60,000 nt of DNA from Squalus acanthias (lineage: Eukaryota), in the NCBI GenBank assembly GCA_030390025.1, contig CM059431.1, positions 112,718,001 through 112,778,000 of the forward strand, given 5' to 3'. Position 1 is the stretch's first letter; each line of letters begins with the position of its first letter. Below are positions 1-12,300 of the stretch, piece by piece. The notes below the pieces were generated by a model. The model had not been told where the DNA came from, made no database searches, and saw only the letters and a program-made list of their open reading frames with translations. The translations under genes were made by a program, and so were the position numbers.

Positions 1-98
1 AAAATACCCCTGGTATTGTATTATATTCAGAGGCATATTAAAAGCTAGAAAGAATTAAGCTTCTATTAAAATTAGCATTCTTTTTCTCTCCAACTTAC

Positions 99-373
99 CT
101 GATCTAGGCAATTAAGCAGGTCACAAAGACAAGCCCACTGCAATCCAGGGGTAGGATAAAAAGAATGAAAACAGGCTGTAAAGGTGTTGTGGCATTCCTG
201 AAGAACTGCTTCTAATAGAGTCCTGGGTTGTGAATGGTAACCATGAGGATCATTGTCAAGCCTCAACATACAATGGTCAACTCCTTCTGATAAAATCTTT
301 CTCAGGAGAGATCGAGTCTTTCCCACACATTCTGCCAGTTTGCTGGTTTCCTCCACCACTGCTTTAGCACCAA
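99..373 (-). CDS. MYCBP2: MYCBP2 exon ([15 protein letters not shown]...[13 protein letters not shown]), 275 nt
   Basis: ttgcag| ... |gtaagt, phase 1-0. Confidence 0.95.
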
Positions 374-3300
374 CTGCAAGGCAAAATATCAACAGATCAA
401 CATATTCTAATAAACCTGCCATCGAATCAGAATTGTGATGGTAGATGTTGCTGAACTGGAGAACGCTAAATGCACTTTTAAATGTACACAAACTTTTAAA
501 TCAGTGATCCAACTACTACTGGTTTGCACTCAGTTTGGAAGCAGAATTTTTTTTTTTTTTAAACACTATAGCAAGCCTGATCAACCCATTACTAGAAATG
601 TGTTGTAAATAAAACAAAGCACCAGAGCCATAGCTTTGTACGAAGAACTGGCAGTACTCGCGCCTTCCACTCCACCACCCCACCCATTGTTCAGTTAACT
701 GCTGAATGCAGGTACTGTTCCTACAACAAATGGAATAGGAACCAATTTGACTGGGAGAAGGAAATAAAGGAGTCGCTGTACAAAATTGGGAGAAAATGAA
801 AGGAGACAGTATTAAAAGAAATAAGTAAAACTGAAGAAAATAAATGTTTAAAATTAAGGTTAAAATACCTTTTTTTAAAAATATAGCATACATAAATAGT
901 AAAGAGTGAAGGCTAGACTGTGACATTCCACCCATTCACTTTAAAAGGAAGAAACTTATGGAGTGTCAGGTGCAGAAGCAAAATTTCCTAGCCAAAATAC
1001 TTAATCTTAATGGTATGTGTAATCTAAAAAGAGAGCGCCAATATTTCGAAGAGTATATACATCTACCAACATATGAATAAATGTTTTGTATCTGTCATAT
1101 TACCACTTTAACCAATCATTTCCTAGAACCATGTTAAGAGGGATCAATTAGATCCTAGAACCATGTCATTGATATTTCTAATTGGTTGAGTCACATTGCC
1201 TATCCGAATCATTAAGCCATCTATGACTTTTTGTTTAAGCACAGCCAATTGCTACACACAAACACGATCCTCAAATGGACTGAATGAAATGTACTCTTTG
1301 AATCAAATGCTGATCAAACACAAGGGCCTTGCTGTACATCTGCTGTTGAGATCCACCTAAAGTAGTAAAAACTACATCCTGATCAATAATTTTTAATAAC
1401 TCAATTGACATTTTGTGTTCATTATTTGCTGTACCTGATATCGGGTATATCTCACAGATGTAGACACGCAGCAGTCGCAGGCAACAAGTACCAACAAATT
1501 TTAGTCGTTCCAAGTCTAGCAGAGTGGCTGTATATTGAAAGCCTTTTAACCCCTGCAGCTCCTCCACTCCCAATACCAGGGTTGTCCAACTCCACTGTAG
1601 AATGCTCAGCAATGACTCAAAACACTCCTATATTTAGGATTAATAGATTTAATAAAAAAGTAATGTATTTCAACTGTATTTTCACATGTACACCCATGAA
1701 GAACTAAGTTCACGTTTCCTTTAGAATGAATTTACAACACACTTAACACTATCTTACCAGCATTTTATTTTTCAACTGAATACTCAATTAAACATAATGA
1801 TGAAATTAATGTAACAGAACATGGGGAATTTTCCAACCAGCTTCCCTTCAACTAACAATCATACAAGAATTTATTTTCAACGGAGATCTTATGCCTTTGA
1901 AGGACTGAGATTATGTAGGAAAAACATTCATTGTTAATTCTCCTTCAAAATACGCCTCATCACAGTAAATATATGAGCGTTGTACTCCTCATTCTTTCTA
2001 ACTGGAGTAGCTATTAAATATGCGTCTGCAAACATTAAAATACGTTCCTATTTAGTTTTGGAGATATGGTAAGAGGCGGGTGCCATGATTTCCAGCAATA
2101 AGTGGGGGGAAAGAAACTTATTGCAGAAAGGAGGGTGGGGGGAGCTTGAAAGCTGCCCTATCATGTGCCATGCAAGGTAAAGGGGGTCCACCACTAGCAC
2201 CTGCAGTTCACAATCCATACAAATTTGAGGGCAAGTAAAGCAATCATCTTGAGTGACAGAAATCTAAACTCTCAGCCCAGGATTCAATCGACTCTAGATT
2301 TAGCTTGCTCTGGATCATAGAACGTTCTTGATTCCTTCGATTTTTTTCAATCCTACAAAAATACTTGCTGATCTCCAGCTTCCATTTCAAACAGTGGGCC
2401 CACACCCAAAATGTTAATCCATCTTATCTTTTTTTTTTTTTAAACAGAGGTTTCTGGGCTTCCTGTGTATTTCCAGTATTTTATTACAGATTTAGAGCAT
2501 TTGATTACCCCCTACCTGCCTATGTTCTCAGAGATTAATTATGCTGTATTAAGATGAGCTATATTAGACAAAAGACAAATGTCATGGGAGTCAGTTACTG
2601 GAAAGGATCCGTGGCACACCTTTTTATTGAACACAATGGGGGAAGGGAACGGCCAGATGATGGTCAGAGTTTGGGTCGCCAAATTCTGAAAGCAATGCTA
2701 TCCCAGTTTATTCCTGTCTAGATACTGGCCCCAATGATTATTTGCAGGTTGAATGAATGCAGAGTAATCTTGTATTGAAAAATGAACTCAATAAATACTT
2801 CCCCGCCTCAATGTTTGCACCATTTCAAATTACAATGTTTATTCTATCAACCAAATAGTTCAGGAAGAATGTAATTTTGATTAGCTGTCTGCAAGAAACT
2901 GCTAGAACCACTCCAACAACAAAATTAGTTCGAAACTGTATTAGTTAATCTGTAATCTGATCTCTATGTCAAAGGAATCTCTTATAGATAAGTTTCTTGA
3001 ATACATTGGCCAGAATTTTATTCGGGAGGCGGGCTTGGTGGGGGCGGGATGGATTGAGGCCGGAGCATTGGGTGGGGGGGGGGGGGGGGGGGGGGGAGAG
3101 GAACAGGGCGGGCCTGAGGACCATCGGTAGGGGTGGAGTGCAGGGGGAGAGTCTTGGATCCCTATTGGGTGGGGGGGGAAATCGGAGGCCTCATGGGGGG
3201 TGAAAAAATCAGAGGCCTCGCAGGGGGGTGGGGGGAATCTCTGATCGCGGTGGATGGGTGAGGCAGGGACACTTGATCCAGGAGGTAAGTGTAAAGGCAC

Positions 3301-6300
3301 TTACCTCCTGGATACAGCATTCCTTGCCTTACTTTAGCTGGCGGGTTCTCCGAGGCCTGCGAAACCCACCCGCCCAGTTAAATTTTAAATGCTGGTTAAA
3401 TCCGAGGCAGGCCAGTCTCAAGATATTTAAATGAATGACCCGCCTCCTGGGAGCGGGTTGGCTGCCCGCTCCCTCCCACCACCATCCTGCCTCTGTTAAA
3501 GCCGGAAGTGGGCAGATTGTGGTTGGGATTCAGTTTAACCTCCCACCCAACCTGTTTTTTGGGGTTAAAATTCCCACCATTGATGTACTAAACTATGGTT
3601 CTAGATAGCACACTGAAAATAATTTGTATTCAAATTTGTTCACTCACCACTGAGACAGTCCTTGCAAAAGATCGTCTCAAAATATGCACTGGTTCACTGG
3701 GTTGTTGCTTTCCTTTTCCAGAGTTTCCATCATTAGATGGTAACCTGCACCCAAGTCAATCAAATTCAACACAACTTAATTCTAGCAAATGAATCAGCCA
3801 AATTATAAATGTTATAAAAATACAAGTTCAATGCCTAAATCAACAGATCACTTACAATTTAATAAAAAAATAACATACCTGTACAACAACTGCGGTATTT
3901 GGCCTGCATTCACATCTGTCCCATTGTTGGACTTCTTTGAGCTTTTAAACTGGAAAACAACCCTGAAACAGGAACATGTATATTTAAAACACTGTCTTAA
4001 GCTTCTATCTGCTACTTTGGCAACACATTAATTAAAGCTACTCAGATTATTCTTTCAACCTGGTGACCCAAATTCAAATTCAGCCTCAACTATGTAGGAT
4101 GCAAGTCTCTTCTCTCTGCTGAAGTGTTTCATTTGAACCTAATTTGGGTAGTCTCAACCCTACTGTCATTTGGGAATTGGCCCATAGCACTAACTCGCAC
4201 CAAACAGCGAAGGTGGAAACAGTCACACTTCCATAGGGATCGTTCGAAGCTTATAGCGTTGAAGCAGTGTTTGGTAGAGTACAGGTTGCTTTACTCTGAA
4301 TCTGGCCACGATGTACAGAACCTGGGAGAGTTCAATGTGAAGATTGAATGTAAATTGCACTGACATGTCTCATGTGAGAAGCGAAAACATTTACCAACAA
4401 AGAAATAACTATAACATAGAAGTGGGGGAAAAAAAATTCTTACCCATCATCAGTGGTGATAGAGGCCTGGCCATGGGAGCCACAATCACTGCTGGGCCCT
4501 GAAACTCGAGCCCAAGCCACATACCACCAACCAGCCTGCAACAGCACAGGCTCATCAAACATCATTGCATATTTCTCTCTGAAAAATACAAAAAGTTATG
4601 TGAACGGAACTCAGTATAAAATAAATTCTTTAATTTTGTAATTAAACTAGTTGATCTCTATGGCAAAGCGCACAGGGATAGTTTACAGATTAAGCAGAGG
4701 GGGAGGATAGGGGATAAATGGATCATGGCGCAGAGATACAATTCAGTCCCCATTTTAAAGCCATACATTCTTTCTGTATTTTTTTTAAATAATACTTTGA
4801 GAATATATTCACAGTTAGGAAGCAAAGCATACAGCAATTTGGGAAACAGAGAAATAGAATGGGATATAACATCGAAATTTCTCTGTATTCCAGGCTGAGG
4901 AGCTGAGAAGCAAAATTGAGGTGCTTTAGTGTCATTACTGGCAAGAAGCTGTAATTACAGTGTAACACGTTTACATAGGCAGCTTCAATTATAAAAGGGA
5001 GACACAAATTTATAATGGAGAAAAAACTTGACAGGAAAACTCAACAGGAAAGTGCATGTAGATTCAAGATTTTTAATATATTTTTAAGATTTTTCAGCAC
5101 AACATAAAACATTTGTATTCTAAAAATGATAGTTTGGAAAACAGATCACGACAGCTGGTAAATACCTAAAAGGGAAGATTTAGACAGAAATTAAGTTACC
5201 GACTTACCTAAAATATAAAGTAAGTGTTCAAGCATTTCATTTATGCACAACCAGATCAATAATATTGCTATATTGTTACTAAGCATTCTGAACACAATGC
5301 ATTCTTAATAAATCACCACCAAATGTTGGAATTGACATTTTTATAGTACGCAACGTAAAACAATATCCAAGTGTTTTACAAAGGAAAGAGGTGGCTGTTA
5401 TGTTTCTAGATCTTTTCTGCCATTCTTGCTCTAGATTTGTCAGCTTCTGAATTTGAGAACACTCAGACAAGTCCTGACTCCCCATGATTCGTAGAGTCTT
5501 TACTAGCCTTATCAAGATAATAGGAACAATCATCTGTTTATTTTTAGCTACCAAAATTATCCCATGCCTCATAGTATGTCGCACATTTCTTCGTTAAATG
5601 TTTGAGCATCACAACTTCAGATCTCATTTTAAGTTTAAATGATTAAACTAATTTATTTTACAAAAGATGAATAACCTATCAATACAATACATATACATTT
5701 ACAGTAGAAATCCTTCTCTGCTCAAAATGAAAAAAGTTGCAATCTAACGCTAAGCTATTCTGTAAATAACACTTTTTTAAAAAAAAATACAGTTCTTTTC
5801 TTATAATCTTTACCAATTATGGAAGCTAGCTAGTCTATCATGTCTTTCTGTGAAGATTTCAATCTGCTCGACGTGGCTGCCACTCAACTCTTCCAACCCA
5901 TTTTATATCGCTCAAATGGGTGCCAAGGCTTATTTTCATAACCGTCAGCCCCATTGAAAAATAACAGTCATATCCATAGCTGAAGCAATTATGAAGTCAG
6001 TGGATTGGCTCCTTTCTGAAATCAGTTACCATAGAAACAACCACAAACCTTGCAACATCTAGTAATTCAGGCTAGGACAAAGCAGGAGGCTTTTTAAACA
6101 TTTTATGCATTATGACCAAATTTAACGGACAGCTACCAGACAAAACAGCTTCAATTTGTCAAAGTGGACAATAAGCAAGAAGCAAAAGAATTTGGGAAGG
6201 AGAAAAAATAAAGTGATGATCAAGGAATTGTTCTTAAAAGGAGATTTCTGGTGCCGGGGGAAAAGAGAGCGTGGTAAACTGGTTCTGAAAGAGAGTTTGA

Positions 6301-9300
6301 GAGAGGAGCGATGCTATGGCTGAAAAATTAACTTCCAATGGTGTCCTGGAAAGGGACATGCAGTAATCTGGAGTCAGAGGAACAATGAGTGCGAGTTGGT
6401 AACAAAAACAAGGAGCCCCTTGAGCTCAGTGACGGCAGGGCTGATGGGTGCTGCAGAGTTCTTTGAGAGAGCAATACAAAAATGCATTTGATAAAAATCA
6501 ATCCTCGAGGAAAAGGTAGCGAGAATATTACATGCAGTGTCCAATCCAACACAAATTTTATTCATTAGCCTCTGTTCACTGTGTACATCAATGATTTGGA
6601 TATAGGACAAGAGGGAGCGGTGTCTAAATATATTTGAGACTGTACTAAATAGGAGGCATAGTAAATCATTCTGTAGAACCCAAATGAAGCTGGAAGGGGA
6701 TATTGATAATATAGAGAATCAACAAAAAAAGGTATATGGAATTCAATGTCAATAAATAGGTGGTACATTTTGGTAAAAAAAAAATTAAATAATTATACGT
6801 TGAATTGCGGGGGGTGGGAAGCTGGATAATGTGGAAGAATTAGGAGGTTCTGGTTCTGAAGATATTAAAAGCAGCACCTCAGGTCGATGAAGTCATAAGA
6901 ATGCTGAAGGAATACTAGGTTTTAGGAACACAGGTATGGATTCACTTGGATGCTGTCCACTATGATAAATAAATACAAATACAAAAATGGAGCAGTTCTT
7001 ACTAGAACGGAGGAGATTAAGGGATGATTTGGTATGAAGGACAGAGCAGATAGAAACAGACAGTTTCCAGTAATTGAGGGGTCTAGGGACATGGATACAA
7101 GATGCAAGAGATTTAGGACACAGAGCAGAATGTTTTTCTTTTACACAGATTTGAGGCAGTGGAATTCATGGTTGAAGCAGAGACCATGTCAATATTTAGA
7201 GGAGCTTAGATAGGTAGTTGAAGGGGGGCTATCAACATATGGGAACATAATAACATAAGAGAACATAATAACATAAGAATAGGAACAGGAGTAGGCCATT
7301 TGGCCCTTCGAGCCTGCTCCGCCATTCAATAAGATCATGGTTGATCTTCTACCTCACCTCCACTTTCCTGCACTATCCCCATATGCCTGGATTCCCTTAA
7401 TATTCAAAAAACTATTGATCTCTGTCTTGAATATACTCAACGACTGAGCTTCCACAGCCCTCTGGGGTAGAGAATTCCAAAGATTCACCACCCTCAGTGA
7501 AGAAATTTCTCCTCATCTCAGTCCTAAATGGCCGACCAATTATTCTGAGACTGTGACCCCTGGTTCTAGACTCCCCAGCCAGGGGAAACATCCTCCCTGC
7601 ATCTACCCTGTCAAGCCCTGTAAGAATTTTGTATGTTTCAATGAGATCACCTTTCATTCTTCTAAACTCTAGAGAATATAGGCCTAGTCTACTCAATCTG
7701 TCCTCATAGGACAATCCCCCCCTCCCAGGAAACAATCTGGTGAACCTTCGTTGCGCTCCCTCTATGGTAAGTATATCCTTCCTTAGGTAAAGAGATCAAA
7801 ACTGTACACAATACCCCAGGTGTGGTCTCAGAGCGGCGGCGGACCTGCGGGGAACCAGGCGGCGGCGGCGAGGTTTAAGAGGCGGCAGAGACCAGGTAGG
7901 CCTCAGAGCGGCGGCGGACCTGCGGGGAACCAGGCGGCGGCGGCAAGGTTTAAGAGGCGGCAGAGACCAGGTAGGCTTACCAATCTCCGAGCTTGGAGGG
8001 AGAGAAGTAAAAAGTAATCGAAGTGTGACGTCACCAGAAAGCAGGTAAGTAATTGGTTGGTGAGTATTTCTCTCTTTTTAAACTTAAACTCTGTGGTTTA
8101 TAGTTTCTAAGCTCTCTGTGGTGTAGCGGGGACTGTTGGTAAACCAGGGCCCTTAAGTATATCATTTAACTGTAGTGCAATTGGTGGGATTGATTTGTTT
8201 TAATTTAATTTGAATTAATTAAAGGGTAAGTCATGGCAGGAGAGCTCGGCCCCGTGGTATGCTCCTCCTGTGTATTGTGGGAAATCAGGGACCCTTCCGG
8301 TGTCATTGACAACCATGTGTACGGGAAGTGTATCCAGCTACAGCTACTGGCAGACCGCATTACGGCGCTGGAGCTGCGATTGGATGCTTATTGGAGCATT
8401 CGCGATGCTGAGAACCTCCTGAATAGCACGTTTAGCAAGTTGGTCACACCGCAGGCAAAGGGTGTACAGGCAGGAAGTAAATGGGTGACCACCAGGCAGA
8501 GTAAGAGGTGCAGGCAGGTAGTGCAGGGGTCCCATGTGGACATCCCCCTCTCAAACAGATATACCACTTTGAATACTGTTGGGGGGGATGACTTATCAGG
8601 GGAAGGCAGCAGCAGCCAACTTCCTGGCACCATGGGTGGCTCTGCTGCACAGGCTGGGAGGAAAAAGTGTGGAAGAGCTATAGTGATAGGGGACTCAATT
8701 GTAAGGGGAATAGATAGGCGTTTCTGCGGCTGCAACCGAGACTCCAGGATGGTGTGTTGCCTCCCTGGTGCAAGGGTCAAGGACGTCTCGGAGCGGCTAC
8801 AGAACATTTTGGAGGGGGAGGGCGAACAGCCAGCTGTCGTGGTGCACATAGGCACCAACGATATAGGTAAAAAAGGGGATGAGGTCCTAAAAGCAGAATA
8901 TAGGGAGTTAGGAGGTAAATTAAAAAATAGGACCTCAAAGGTAGTAATCTCAGGATTGCTACCAGTGCCACGTGCTAGTCAGAGTAGAAATAGGAGGATG
9001 TTTCAAATTAATACGTGGCTAGAGGAATGGTGCAAGGGGGAGGGATTCAAATTCCTGGGACATTGGAACCGGTTCTGGGGGAGGTGGGACCAGTACAAAC
9101 CGGACGGTCTGCACCTGGGCAGGGCCGGGACCGCTGTCCTAGGGGGAGTGTTTGCTAGTGCTGTTGGGGAGGGTTTAAACTGAAGTGGCAGGGGGTTGGG
9201 CACCTGAGCAGGGAGACAGAGGAAAGCGCGTCAGGAAGGGACAGAAGGTATGGAGTAAAAGGTAAAGTGTTAAAAAAGGAAAAAGCAGGAACTAAGTGTC

Positions 9301-12300
9301 ACAAAACATATTTGAAAGTTATTTATCTGAATGCACGTAGCATTCGTAACAAAATAGACGAGTTAACGGGACAAATAACTACGTATGGGTATGATCTTGT
9401 GGCCATTACAGAAACATGGCTGCAGGGTGACAACGACTGGGAACTAAATATGCCAGGGTATTTAACAATCAGGAAGGACAGGCAGGAAGGAAGGGGAGGT
9501 GGGGTGGCTATGTTAATAAAGGAAGGAATCACTGTAATACAGAGAAATGATATTGGGTCAAAGGATCAGGATAATGAAACAGTTCGGGTGGAGATAAGGA
9601 ATAATAAGGGGAAAAAAAACACTAGTGGGAGTAGTATATCGGCCTCCTAATAGTTGCAACTCTGCTGGAAGAAGTATTAATCAGGAAATAGTTGGGGCAT
9701 GTAATAAGGGAACAGCTATAATTATGGGGGATTTTAACCATCATATTAACTGGACAAATCAAATTGGGCAGGGCAGCCTTGAGGAAGAGTTTATTGAGTG
9801 TATTAGGGATGGATTTCTTGAGCAGTATGTAACTGATCCTACAAGGGGGCAAGCAACCTTGGACCTGGTCCTGTGTAATGAGTCAGGATTAATTAATAAT
9901 GTCCTAGTTAAGGATCCCCTTGGAATGAGTGACCATAACATGGTTGAATTCCATATCCAATTAGAGGGTGAGAAGGTTGGTTCTCAAACAAGCGTACTGA
10001 GCTTGAATAAAGGAGACTATGATGGTATGAGAGCGGAATTGATTAAAGTGGACTGGGAAAATAGATTAAAGGGTAAGACGGTACATGAGCAGTGGTGTTC
10101 ATTTAAGGAGTTATTTTACAACTTTCAAAAGAAATATATTCCACTGAGGAAAAAAGGGTGTAAAAGAAATGACAGCCATCCATGGCTAAGTAAAGAAATT
10201 AAGGATAGTATCCGACTAAAAACAAGGACATATAAGGTAGCCAACTAGTGGAGGATAGAAGATTGGGAAGTCTTCAAAAGACAGCAAAAAGTAACTAAAG
10301 GATTGATTAAGAAAGGGAAGATAGATTATGAAAATAAATTAGCAAAAAATATAAAAACAGATAGCAAGAGTTTCTATAGTTATATAAAAAGAAAAAGGGT
10401 GGCTAAGGCAAACGTAGGTCCCTTAGAGGATGAGACCGGGAAATTAATGGTGGGAAACATGGAGATGGCAAAAATGCTGAACAAATATTTTGTTTCAGTC
10501 TTTACGGTAGAGGACACTAAGAATATCCCAACACTGGACAAACAGGGGGCTCTAGGGGGGGGGGGGGAGGAGATAAATACGATTAAAATTACTAAGGAAT
10601 TGGTACTCAGTAAAATAATGGGACTCAAGGCGGATAAATCCCCTGGACCTGATGGCTTACATCCTAGGGTCTTGAGGGAAGTGGCAGTAGGGATTGTGGA
10701 TGCTTTGGTAATAATTTTCCAAAATTCCCTGGACTCAGCAAAGGTCCCGGCAGATTGGAAAACTGCTAATGTAACACCCTTATTTAAAAAGGGTAGTAGG
10801 CAGAAGGCTGGAAATTATAGACCAGTTAGCCTAACATCTGTGGTGGGTAAAATTTGGGAGTCTATTATTAAGGAGACAGTAACGGAACATTTAGATAAAC
10901 ATAATTTAATAGGACAAAGTCAGCATGGCTTTATGAAGGGGAAGTCATGTCTGACAAATTTGCTCGAGTTCTTTGAGGACATAACGTACAGGGTGGATAA
11001 AGGGGAACCAGTGGACGTAGTGTATTTAGACTTCCAGAAGGCATTCGACAAGGTGCCACATAAAAGATTATTGCTCAAGATAAAAAATCACTGGATTGGG
11101 GGGAATATTCCGGCATGGGTGGAGGATTGGTTATCTAACAGGAAGCAGAGAGTTGGGATAAATGGTTCATTCTCGGACTGGCAACCAGTAGCCAGTGGTG
11201 TTCCGCAGGGGTCGGTGCTGGGTCCCCAACTCTTTACAATCTATATTAACGATTTGGAGGAGGGGACCAAGTGTAACATATCAAAGTTTGCAGATGATAC
11301 AAAGATGGGAGGGAAAGTAGAAAGTGAGGAGGACATAAAAAACCTACAAGGGGATATAGACAGGCTGGGTGAGTGGGCGGAGATTTGGCAGATGCAATAC
11401 AATATTGGAAAATGTGAGGTTATGCACTTTGGCAGGAAAAATCTGAGAGCAAGTTATTATCTTAATGGTGAGAAACTGGAAAGTACTGCAGTACAAAGGG
11501 ATCTGGGGGTCCTAGTGCAAGAAAATCAAAAAGTTAGTATGCAGGTGCAGCAGGTGATCAAGAAGGCCAACGGAATGTTGGCTTTTATTGCTAGGGGGAT
11601 AGATTATAAAAACAGGGAGGTATTGCTGCAGTTATATAGGGTATTGGTGAGACCGCACCTGGAATACTGCATACAGTTTTGGTGTCCATACTTAAGAAAA
11701 GACATACTTGCTCTCGAGGCAGTACAAAGAAGGTTCACTTGGTTAATCCCGGGGATGAGGGGGTGGACATATGAGGAGAGGTTGAGTAGATTGGGACTCT
11801 ACTCATTGGAGTTCAGAAGAATGAGAGGCGATCTTATTGAAACATATAAGATTGTGAAGGGGCTTGATCGGGTGGATGCGGTAAGGATGTTCCCAAGGAT
11901 GGGTGAAACTAGAACTAGGGGGCATAATCTTAGAATAAGGGGCTGCTCTTTCAGAACTGAGATGAGGAGAAACTTCTTCGCCCAGAGGGTAGTAGGTCTG
12001 TGGAATTTGCTGCCCCAGGAAGCTGTGGAAGCTACATCATTAAATAAATTTAAAACAGAAATAGATAGTTTCCTAGAGGTAAAGGGAATTAGGGGGTACG
12101 GTGAGCAGGCAGGAAATTGGACATGAGGCTGAGTTCGGATCGGTCAGGGCCCTGTGGGTGGCGGAGCGGGCCCAGGGGGCCGGGTCCTGCTCCTACTTCT
12201 TGTGTTCTTTAGATTTGAGGTTAGGATCAGATCAGCCATGATCTTATTGAATGGCGGAGCAGGCTCGAGGGGCCGAATGGCCTACTCCTGCTCCTATTTC

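Noticed and set aside
72..491. Stand-alone ORFs such as 72..491, 1271..1612, 33297..33641 and 38542..38853
   Set aside because: They are MYCBP2 exons extended into intron sequence by the ORF caller.
2941..3434. Pro- and Gly-rich ORFs
   Set aside because: Translation of G-runs in a GC-rich repeat.
10246..10248. Programmed stop-codon readthrough in CR1 ORF2
   Set aside because: Surrounding codons are better explained by three single-base deletions.
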